Source: Catajapyx aquilonaris
Taxonomy: Eukaryota
DNA: 64,000 bases
Direction of reading: 5' to 3'
NCBI GenBank assembly: GCA_000934665.2
Contig: KZ538090.1
Span: forward strand, 1-64,000
Below the pieces are notes generated by a model that did no database searches, was not told where the DNA came from, and was given only the letters and a program-made list of their open reading frames with translations. The position numbers and the translations under genes were made by a program. This document shows positions 27,001 to 37,946 of the stretch, in pieces (the stretch's first letter is position 1; each line of letters begins with the position of its first letter).

Positions 27001-30000
27001 ATTCGTCGCATATACAGCCCAGGTGCTGATTGGTTTCAGCTACTTTTTTCATATCCTGAATCAAGATAATGTGAGTTGGGAACGTTCTCGGTTGAACCTT
27101 TCTCTATTTTTTGCAAACCGTGTCGTATTGGCATCAATGGCGGAACAATTTTCTTTTTCACTAGATGGAAGGTAGTGTGGACGTGTCGTATCCTATGTGG
27201 AAGGTCAGATCCACGATTGGACGCTTGGACAGAGTCCAGTTGAGAATGGAAGCGGACGTCAAAGAGTTTTTTCTGGAGGAAACAAGGATGGGATTCACAG
27301 AATCGCGAATCATTAACAGTTCTTTACACCTCCGCTTTCTTGGATCCTCTCCCGCAGTGTTCAAGCCAGGAATGCCCTTCGAGAATTACGTGAGTTCCTA
27401 ACCTCAAAATAAATTCAATTTTCAGACAAGCACATCATACACTAAACAATAATCAGTTTGACACTTCAGGTTGAGGATGTCACCATCTCATTGAAGGGAA
27501 TTGTCCGAAACGAGTTACTAGAGTAATCAAATTCGATAGTGCTGGAAATGATTTGTTAGGATTTAGTTAAGCATGAAACTGTATTACTCAAGTTTCGTGT
27601 GCAGGACAATTGTTTCCACTATCGATCTACTTCCAGTCATCTGCGCTATTCTTAGCTGCATTCCATAGACTAGAACAGGGGTTCTAATTGCTTCAAGTCA
27701 TAACGAGTGAATGGTCGTTAATTTTCCGTGAGTTTTCCAGCCTCATTATCACGTTTGCGTAATCCACGTGACACTATAAAACGAAACAATAAGCACTACC
27801 AATTTTGTTGCCTGTAAAAACAAAAATTAAAAATCTCACCGCCTGTTCCCATCACACTGACTAATATATTGAGTCCGATGTTTCTCGCAGGTTGCGGTGT
27901 CCTATCACGACCAGGAGCCAATAGCGAAGGAGACACTAGAAAATTCGAACATACGAGTCGAGATTTACGCAACTGTGGATTCAGGAGGCGCGGTTCAAAT
28001 CCCTGAAATATTCGTGCCCAGCAAAAGAGACTCGTATGGGTTCCATCAGCCATTCGAGACCTGGAACGAGTTTGATGTTCATCGAGGGTGGGAAAAGTAC
28101 CTGCAGGATCAGGTGCACATGAAGTACAGGTCCGAAGGTATTCTGCGAGTCAAATTCGATGTTCCTCCAAGAGCTAGTCAGCTGATTCTTCGAGCGTATT
28201 ATTTCGACGATGAGGGCAACAGAGCTCAGACTGAGATGACGGCCTACGCGTACTATTCACCCAGGAGAAAGTACCTGGGAGTAACTACCAGCACTAAGAA
28301 CGCCCAAATTGGCGAGTACGTCATCTTCCATGTGAAAATCAACTATCCCGTGGAGTCTTTTCACTATTTGGTAACTATATACATGTCTGCAATATCAGGT
28401 CGAATCTTCTTCTAATTGGTGCTCTTTTTTGCAGATTGTATCCAAAGATATCCTGCTGTACGCTGACGAACAGGTGGTAGATGACACTTGGCAAACGATC
28501 ACAACCTTTTCGCTGCCGGTGTCACCCGAAATGGCTCCAAGCTTTCGGATTGTCGTGTATCATGTGACTAGAGAGGGAGAAGTGATTTCTGACAGCCTGT
28601 TTATCCCTGTCAATGGGATCAACCGTCACAAGGTAAGCTTGCCAAACGGGGGAGGTCCCCAAATTATGGTTGTCGCAGTGAATGGGTACGACAATAAGCT
28701 TTCTGCTACAGAGGCTGGGTATAAGGTAGTCACGCTTGACATAAGCACTTTTCCTTTGTGCCATCTACTTCCGCTGAAAGCCTCAATTACACATGCATTC
28801 GCTTTTTGCACTCATCACGCAAAAAAGAGCCTTAATTTGAAGCACTGAATGGTCAAATGTGATGTTGGTGGGCTATTGTTACTGCTAAATAACATACTTC
28901 GTGGGAGAGCATTGTGCCTTTGTGCAGCAAGCTTGTCCCTCAGCTCATTTTGGTATAAACATTGTGCACATCATTGTTCATTATTAATTTCTGCTTCCCC
29001 ATTCACACTGCTGCACCTTATATTGACGCTATTATTTGATCGTCTTCATTACCAGATGAACCTAAGCCTGAACCAAGCCAAGGACAAATCCAAAGACAGC
29101 GTGGAGTTCAAATGCGAGGCCGACGCCGGTGCATTCTACGCAACTTCGGTCCAAAGACTTGTCCGGCACACAATGCAAGCCGGTAACGAGATCAGCAAGG
29201 CCAGTGTGATGGAAGCCCTTCATACATTCGAAAACTACAGCCGTTCGGTGCATAAGGTGATATGGAGGTCTCGCGATGGGAGTTTACCAGACAGAAGCGA
29301 GTACTTCGAGTCCATGAACTACGGCATCGACAGCAACAGGACCTTCACTTTTGCAGGACTGATTGTCCTGACGGATGCGGTTGTGCCTCTGGTGCCCCAC
29401 ACGGGTGAGTGACAGTGACGGTGGACAAGTGGCGATGATGATGGTGACTTGACAGAACTTCGCCCACAGATTACTGCAACGTGTCCAGGGGACTGTATCC
29501 GTGTCTCACGCAGGGATGCTACATTATCGAGAAGAAGTGCGACGGGTTTCCAGACTGCGTTGACGGGTACGATGAGGCCGAATGCCCACCCCCTCACGAC
29601 GATATTATTGAGTTTAGAGAGAATCGGATCAACAGATTTGCGGTATGGCATGAATCTTCTTGACATTGGTTCTTCATATTGTACAAGGAGTCATGAAACG
29701 ATTGTGAATTACAGGATTTCTATGATATTCCTGATGGCGACTGGGCTTGGATGGATGTCCACATTGGACACAGCGCTGTAGAGTGGTACAACATTCCAGT
29801 CCCCAGAATTACTGACAGTTGGTGGGTCAATGGGTTCAGTATCAGCAAGGACCGCGGGTTTGGTATAATCGAAGCTCCAATTCAGGTACAGAACACCCGA
29901 AATGCTGCGTTTCGTTCAGTGCAATGACAACTTGTTTTGTTCACAGTACGACAGCTTCAGGCAATTTATGATGGTTGTGGACGTGCCTCCAGCAATAAGG

Positions 30001-33000
30001 CGAGGTGAAACTTTGGGCATAAGAACCATTTTGTTCAACAGACTGGACAATGAAGTGCTTGTAGTGCTCACTTTGCACGGGTCCGACGACTACAAATTCG
30101 TACGGGCGGGATACGACGGCAGCACTAACAGTTATAACCCAACACTATCAGGAGGTGATCAGCAGCATTTAGTGTGGGTAAGGTCATCCTTTCTGGATAT
30201 CTCGTGAAAAATATGTCAACTATCGTATATGTTATAGATCAGAGGTCAAAGCGAGGAGGAAGTTCGCATACCAATTGCACCTCAAGTAGATCTCGGAACT
30301 ATCGACGTGACAGTATCCGCCTCGACACAAGTCGCACATGACGTCAACACATTCCAAGTTGAAATTCTGGTAAGGCACAAGCATTATGCAAATGAGGTGT
30401 AAACGGCAGTTAAGAAAGACAACGTACTGTACATGCTATCATGACTGATCATTTTGTAGTGCTCACGTAATCACATACTGATCCACTCGTATTACAGTCA
30501 TGATGTGTAACGGAAACTGGCTACATTTAATTTTAAATCAAAAATGGTTTTACGATTTTTATTGCAATTAGACTTTTCAATTATATTATTACACTCGGAC
30601 ATTTTGTTAGGATTCACTAGCTCCTCCTTGCCTATTTCAGCCCGAAGGTGCCACAGTAGCCAAACACACGTCCGTATTTCTGGACCTCAAAAACCGAGCA
30701 ACAGTCCTCCGATTTATGGACATCTTTGTGGAGGAAACACCCATTATTCCGTACAACTACTGGAGGAGATACATCTACGGAAGCCCTATTGCATCAGTCA
30801 CGCTCTGCGGTAAGTCACTTTACATGAAAAGTCATACATACTACAGTCAGTCAGGAGTGGGTGGGCTTGTAGTACTTACAACACGTACCATACAACAATA
30901 GTCTCATTGTCTTTACAGGGGATGTGCTTGGACCGGTGTTTCCAACAACTCCAGTGACAATGGACACACTTCTAGGACGGTCTGGTCGCGGTACCGAGTC
31001 TCGTGTTTTCGACTTGGCTGGAAATCTTTGGATGCTTCATTACCTTCGTCTGACAAATCAGCTCAAGTGGAGCAAAGCTAGGGAAGTGTTCAACTACATG
31101 AACAGCATATTTGCCAACATCATGAAGAGGTACAGTTCACGAGGATGGTTCAAGATGTGGAACATTTCAAAGCCAAGTGTTTGGCTGACTGCATGGGTGA
31201 TACACACATTCAAGCATGCGACCTTTCAAGACTGGGAGAACTATTTCTATATCGAGCCTCAGATATTCAGCCGCAGCATAAGGTGGCTCCTGAATTACCA
31301 GACTGAAAATGGAACTTTCACGGAGACACCATGGTACTCTGTCTACCCACTCAACAAAAAAATGGACCAACGGGTATGCTGCTTACTTTGCCAGTATTAT
31401 AAAAAATGAGCCAATATGGTTTCTGCAGTCCCCCAGGCCACATTATGATGACCCCAACTACAGAGAGCATGACCGCTTCCACAGGCCACATGACCATATC
31501 AAATATCGCAATATCTCACTGACAGCGCAAGTACTCATCACAGTGCATGAAACTATTGAAATGTTAGATGGAAACCTGCGAAGTGAAGCCATTACAGCAA
31601 GGCTTCTTGCGACAAGGTTACAATATCAGCCAATTGAAGACATCACTTGCCAAAGGGCCCAAGTCCCAAATCTTAAAAAACCTTTTTATTGCAAATTCCT
31701 AATCTTGGGAGTCGGGCCTCACAGCCCTGGTGAAGATGCAGGGCCTGTCAACCAGAACTGCCTTAAAATTCAATCATAAACTGTGAAACTCCATATGGAG
31801 CAATGAAGCATACGTGCAGGTTTTTGTCTCTCCTGAAAACTCGCACCTCATGGACTTGAGCCCTTTGGCAAGTGATGTCTTCAATTGTTTTATATACTGT
31901 ATGACTATGACCCACAATAGAATACTTTCATTGCAGGTATCTGGAGCAACAACTCCCACAACTGACAGATGCTTATGAAATTGCAATAACCACATATGCC
32001 TTATGGCTTTGCGACAGTACAGAGAAGGAGACTGCCTTTCAACTGTTAAATTCTGTAAAGCGTGAAGAAGGTATGAATACATGGCTTGTCACTAATCAAA
32101 GGAATTACCAATGATAAAGACACTGGATGGAAAGTAATGTATGGATTTAAATCAGTACATATTCAGTTTCCTCAAATGTAACATATTCACATAAGTTACC
32201 TTTTCTCACTTTGTGTGAGATACAAATCTATGCCACCATTCCACATATACACTGTATATAGCTTCTGCATTTTAATCTCTTACATCCAAAACAGTGTACC
32301 TAATTATGTAACATCACTTCATTACATCTGCTTTGTTTTCAGAGGGCTTAATCTATTGGTCACCCGGCCAAGTTCCCTTCAGCGGCTTCAAACTGGAGAA
32401 CCAAAGACCATTCCTTCTGCCAAAAGACAACCAGTATTGGGACAGTGTGGCAGTGGAGGCTACAGCCTATGCCCTTCTGGTCTACCTCATGCGGGATGGT
32501 GTCACCATTCCTGCTGAGAAGATGGTGTACTGGATGAATTCTGTGCGCCTGAATGATGGAGCTTTCATATCTACACTGGTATTGCAATGTTATAAAAATG
32601 AACAAGCAGATGTGATTTTCAATCCTAAAATGTTGAAAAATCCACTTGCAGGACACAGTGATCGCCTGGCAAGCACTGACTGAGTATGCTTTCCGAGCCA
32701 GACTACGAGATATTACAGACATGAGGGTCACTGTTGAGTCATCCAGTACAGCAAATTTCAGTGAAACCTTACTTATTGGTAACACCAGTTTGGCAACACC
32801 TCAAAGCATGGAGGTAAATCCCTTTCTGCTAAGTCTGTTCTCTTCAAAGAAATATGGAAAACTAAAACTACAGTATATCCAAAAAGTGAAATAGGATGCA
32901 AACATGTCAAATCAATAACACATTTCTTATATCCCAGTTATATCTTCTTGGGTTATTTATGCACACATTGAGAAACTTTAGATAAATTATTGGACTGTTA

Positions 33001-34166
33001 TCATTGGACTGTTACACACTGTTTTAATAATGGGAAAACATGGAAACCTTTGAACTTCAGCCTTTTGCAAGCAACATATCAATTAAAATAAGTTCACATA
33101 AAAAGTTTACCCTACAACATAAAAGTGTAACTAAGCTCATTAACATCATTAAAATTCTAATTACTGCATTTAAAACTGTCACACCAAGCACTTGTGATGT
33201 ATTGACACAATGCAGGTCCAATCACTTCATCCACTTATTCTTAGTCTACCTAATAATTTTAAAATTTACTAATTCACAACTACAAGTAACTTATGCAGTA
33301 CATGTTCATTATTTATTTTCAGATCCCCAATGTTTGGGGCCATATTAATGTAGTAGCCCGTGGAGCAGGGCAAGCCTTGATCCAGATGCACGTCACATTC
33401 GGAGTGGACTATGATGAAATGAAGGACACCCCTCCAAAAGACTGCTTTGAGTTGAAAATCAAAGAGACCTATCACCAGATTCGGAACAGGTCTGCAGTCA
33501 CAATCCAGAGTTGCATGAGGTGGACCCTCTTTGAGGAGTCTGAAGTCAGTGGCGCTGCAGTGCTGGAGATTGAGATACCCACTGGTTACGGACTTTTGCA
33601 GACAGATGCTATCAGGCTAGTTGCAGAGGGGGTTCATCCCACTCTCATGGATGCAAAAACTATGCCAGGAAAAACGATGTGGTTCTTTGAATATGTGAGT
33701 TACTCCCATAAAACTTCAAGCCACTGTACTTTTATTTTGCTACTTCGCACTGGAAACTTGAAAATTTGAAGTAGATTTTTATTTAACTGAGATAATTCAA
33801 ACCCAACAGATACCAGGGAACTGGACCTGTTTCAACCACACGGTTAAGAGATGGCATCCTGTTGCAAACTTGACACAATACAAAGGGGCCTACCTTTATG
33901 AAGCCTATGCTCCAGGTACACTTACCTTACTGTCACAAAATACCTAATTATTATAGTCAAAGTAAATGGTGTTGATGCTCTTTTCAGAACGCTTTGTGAT
34001 GGAAGTCACCCGAGCAGTCCCACTGAATGCCCTCGGCATATGTGAAGTGTGCGCATCATACCAGTGCCCTTATTGCCCCTACTACAGTGTGGCAACTTCA
34101 ATTGTGGCCAGTTTTGGAACAATCCTTGCTTCTCTGATTGCACTGCATTTCAGATGGACCTCTTAG
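21050..34166 (+). CDS. Mcr: Macroglobulin complement-related (Mcr/TEP6)-like, CD109-like thioester-protein family member; 24 exons, 1644 aa, no thioester motif
   Basis: Phase-consistent GT-AG exons: 21050-21234, 24359-24548, 24643-24811, 25237-25307, 26213-26264, 26570-26700, 26768-26944, 27165-27389, 27891-28370, 28435-28632, 29056-29404, 29470-29642, 29715-29885, 29947-30177, 30238-30369, 30641-30809, 30919-31373, 31429-31616, 31937-32070, 32343-32578, 32652-32813, 33323-33694, 33810-33915, 33988-34166 (4935 nt). It has a signal peptide, A2M motifs (YLVVAPAVVRP, FKPGMPF, EMAPSFRIVVY, SVWLTAWV, VEATAYALL, STLDTVIAWQALTEYA), an LDLa module (CDGFPDCVDGYDEAEC), the Mcr-type C-terminal ICEVCASYQCPYCPYY and a hydrophobic tail. 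AATAAA lies at 34243-34248. It may be an Mcr-like paralog rather than the strict ortholog. Confidence 0.92.
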
Positions 34167-34348
34167 CATTTACTGCAATGAAACGCTTACCGCATAATGT
34201 TATGTGACTTCCCCACTACACCTTGAGTTTTAGTACCTTGACAATAAATGAAAGACTTTTTTAAAGGGTGGTCCTATCACTATGCATATATTCCAATATC
34301 ACTTGTACTTTTACAGCATAAAACAAAATTAAGTACCTGGCCAATACC

Positions 34349-35286
34349 TCATCTGCGAGCAAAGTTTTTATCCATAGCAGAACTGGAGCGTTGAATGTTG
34401 TATCGGTTAGACTTGATTCGACCTTCAATGGACCCTTTTGCTGCAGCTTCAGAGAGTTGCTTCCTGAAAAGATAGGTAACAAGCATGATATAATAAATTA
34501 AACATAATCTAACATCTTGCAACATTTGGTCCCTCTCCATGATTTTGGAGAGCGGGCAATTTATGACCTCCAAACGTTGGAGAGGAAAGAACATGAGGGT
34601 AGATTGGGTCAAGATCTCTGAAATAGCTCAGTTAAACTGAGCAAAGACACGTGTGAAAGGAGATGTGGTGGAGGGAAGGAGAGAGTGGTTTGTTTGGAAA
34701 AGTTGGTCAGTGGGAGAGCAGCCTGGCCTTGTGATTATTGGTTGCTTTCTACCACACTCTTCTCCGTTCTCCATACAATTTCAGTGAAGCATAGTGGAGG
34801 GAAAGAATTTCAAGAGTCCTGCCCTCTTCCCACATTTATCTCCAAAATCTCCCAAGAACAAAAAAGTTCCTCTTTCATAAAAAACAAAACCAAAAATGTC
34901 ACCATGACTTACCGAATGAAGGAAGGATCTAAATCCTTCTTGTGGTGCTCCTCCTCCTTTTTCTCTTCCTCTGTCAGGTGTTTCACATTCTTCACTCTCT
35001 GTTCATCTCTCCATTTCGCATTATCCATCATTTCCTTCCTTTTCCTCTCCATCTCTTCCTTGCTCATTCTTGGCCTCTCAGGTTTCTTCCACTGGCTACT
35101 AGACGATGAACTTGATGGTCTGTCATCTCTACTGTCCTTACCACTGATCTTTTTCTTCAAGTTTGTGATTTTGGCAGCCAATAGGCGATCCAAGTCCTTC
35201 TCACTTGAACTCTTTTTCTTCTCTCTCATTCTTGCCTCCTTCTTCCGTGCTTCTTCACTGTTTTGGCTTATCTGCAAGCAAAAAAA

Positions 35287-35330
<44 letters not shown>

Positions 35331-37390
35331 AGCTAGTGTAATGCTTTCAATTTTTTTAAATTATGAGGGTAGGTTAACTCAATAATTTTACCATTTGCTT
35401 GAGGTGTTTCATTTTGACTGGATTACTTAGGATGCGTTTAAGACTCTCCTTTTCTTTCTTTTTGATCTCAAGCAACGGGTCCTCCTGAATTTTGCGCATC
35501 AAGTCAACTTGTTCAGTACCCTTTGAAGCAAAGATAGATGTTGGAGTGCAGTCTGAAATGAAACCAAATATGTATCACTCATATCACTTTTAAATTACTG
35601 CACATTAAGCACACTGTCATGTCACTAACACATTGTAAGGCATCAACTCTTACTAACCAAGGTAATTATATGGTCTCATCAATGTGCTAACATTTGTATT
35701 TAAAAAAAAACTAATGGCAAATGCTTACAGTTTTAACTTTCATGTCAATACATAAATATAATATGTAACAATTATTATTCACTGACTTATCATAAGAAAG
35801 ATATGATATGAAAAGTTTTGCATAAAGGTTGCCTTCACATCAAAGTTTGAGTTTTATGCAAGGCATGCCCAGCCTGAGACAACAGTCACCATAACAACAA
35901 TGACAACACTGATGTACCCTCTGACCCAGGATCCTCCACATGAGAGAAATATGCCGATACTGCCAATGGCATTGAGAAAATAGACAGCTAGGGGGAGGCA
36001 CGGTGGCCGAGATGGTAACGTCTCGGCTTGCTACGGGAAAGGTCCCGGGTTCAAATCCCCACCTGGGAGCAAACCTTTCGCTTGCGTCATTGGGTCGTGA
36101 CCCGCGCCTAAGGAGGCGTCTTGGCAACCTGACCTCCTGGGGGACTGCACCTGGCCCACCGCTGGACAATGCACCTGCACATGTGTCCCCTCCCCAAAAC
36201 CCCCAACCCTTACCCTATTTCCTAGTATTCGTTGCGCCGAAGTTCAAAGTAAATACAATCAGAAAACTGTATGGTGGTCTGCCACCCACCTATAACGACC
36301 AAGTAGTTGTATCACGGGGTAAGGACAAAAAACAAAAAACAAAAAAAAAGACAGCTCAACCAGCGGCCATGACAGTAAAGAGAAAGAATTGCGGGAAATG
36401 TCTCAAATAAGTTTAAAACGAGGCTTTGCTGGGTCAGCAAGTTCATACGAAGATTATATTCAACAAAATATTTAACAAACAGTTTTAGGATCCGGATTTA
36501 GCGTGTCAAAATAGGTTCCAAGGTCAACTTCCGGTACATGCTACTTCCGGTTTCGTGGGCTCTCTACTTGTACAAGCGGGTAACTGTATGATTTAGATTT
36601 TGAAATTAGTTTCCTGAAATAACTACCACAATAACTATCAAAAACCCTCAATTCTGCCAAGTACAAGCAACCACCCAAGAAAACCGCATTTGGAACGTGC
36701 TTTGATTTATGCTGTATTTCCCTCTACCATCATGGTAGCCAAAGGTTTTTTTTCGGCTTTAGGATGATGGTTCTGGCGGAATTGGGTTAAGTGGTCTATT
36801 TTCTCAATGTCATTAGTTACTGCATGCATATTATCTAGGTACTGTACAGTGTTTCAAGTTGGGAGGTTGGCCTTTTCCTGGGATATACAAGGATAAGATA
36901 ATTATGTACATATTGTAATACCATTCCGATGCGTGAAAAATTCAGAATTCAGGAACATGTTTCTCGCGAGAATTTTGGAACTGAAAGATTGTGTACCTAT
37001 CAAAGCTAAACATTTACCAAATTGAATCATACTGTCCCACCCAAAAATAATGCAACCATGTAATCAATCAGAACACCCACCATACTCCACCGAGTTGGAG
37101 AAAGTGGGAACCCCTTTCTCCGCCTGCTGGATCATCTCGAAGGTCTTGTCCACAGGCCTTCCCAGAAGGTACTCCTCTCTGTCCACCAAGGCCGTCGGGC
37201 CCTTGTACATCCACTCCAAGTTGCCCCCATCCTTCTTCCTGAAACGACACTCCCATCAGCACACATGCAAACCACACTGCAAGAGAGTCACCACGACGCA
37301 TAATCTCTGAACCATTCCCGGTACCCATCACATCAGAACTCACTCTCCACTGCCCTCTCCGCCTTCCTTTCTCCCTTTCTCCTCACTCAT
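34349..37390 (-). CDS. CWC25: Pre-mRNA splicing factor CWC25 homolog; 5 exons, 279 aa
   Basis: Exons 37390-37344, 37238-37081, 35552-35392, 35271-34913 and 34463-34349 (840 nt, phases consistent). The motifs LEWMYKGP..VDREEYLLGRPVDK, KIQEDPLLEIKKKE, ILSNPVKMK, EMMDNAKWRDEQR and C-terminal SIEGRIKSNRYNIQRSSSAMDKNFARR match CWC25. Confidence 0.9.
35280..35326. repeat. A11(CA)18 microsatellite, read as (UG)18U11 at the CWC25 intron 3 acceptor
   Basis: Directly visible. The transcript strand reads (TG)18 T11 GCTTGCAG|exon 4. Confidence 0.95.
35990..36348 (+). mobile_element. tRNA-derived SINE with A-rich tail and TSD, antisense within CWC25 intron 2
   Basis: A box TGGCCGAGATGG (about 36004), B box GGTTCAAATCC (about 36048), tail AAAAAACAAAAAACAAAAAAAA, and the direct repeat AGACAGCT at 35982-35989 and 36349-36356. 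Confidence 0.8.
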
Positions 37391-37477
37391 TTCGGCTACT
37401 TCGAAGACAGGAAGGGATGGAAACGGGCTCAAATCGAATGAAACAGGCAAGAGTCAACCAGCTTCCTCAGAAAACAG

Positions 37478-37489
37478 ACGCCATCTTGA
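37478..37489 (-). promoter_or_regulatory. YY1/Pho-type motif CAAGATGGCG near the probable CWC25 transcription start
   Basis: Plus strand GACGCCATCTTG, about 90 nt upstream of the CWC25 ATG. Its ATG opens a short uORF, MASVF*. Confidence 0.4.
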
Positions 37490-37946
37490 AGCAGGGTAGC
37501 CAGCCCCTAAAGATTGTAATGCCCTTCGATAGGATCGTATCCCGCCTTGTTACACAAACAAACAAACAAACAAACAAACAAACAATGGCAACCCCGGAAT
37601 TTAGAACCAAACCCGCGATGGTTTCAAACTACCAAAGGCATTTTGCAGCACAAGTGCTTGCTTCAAATTCAGGGAGCAATAACAATTCATGCAGAATACG
37701 GCAAGGCCGTCAGTATATTGTCATTATAATTATGGAGTAAATCAGTTACGTCAAGGTTACGTACATGTAAATTAATACGTTTGAATTAATTTGCAACAGA
37801 GTGAAGGCTACTTGGCGATGTTACAAGTTGATAGTAGGAGCAGTCAAGTGTGGTCTTGAATTCCTGATAATTTTAATTTGTGTTACATGTCATTTATTGT
37901 TGGCTATAGAGTAAAAATGGTAAAAACTGCTGTTTTAAATCCAGTG

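Noticed and set aside
34685..35341. 218-aa plus-strand ORF
   Set aside because: Antisense shadow of the Lys/Glu-rich CWC25 exon 4 plus a microsatellite.
35991..36070. tRNA gene
   Set aside because: A and B boxes are present but there is no convincing cloverleaf. The sequence continues into a body of about 280 nt with an A tail and TSD, so it is a SINE.
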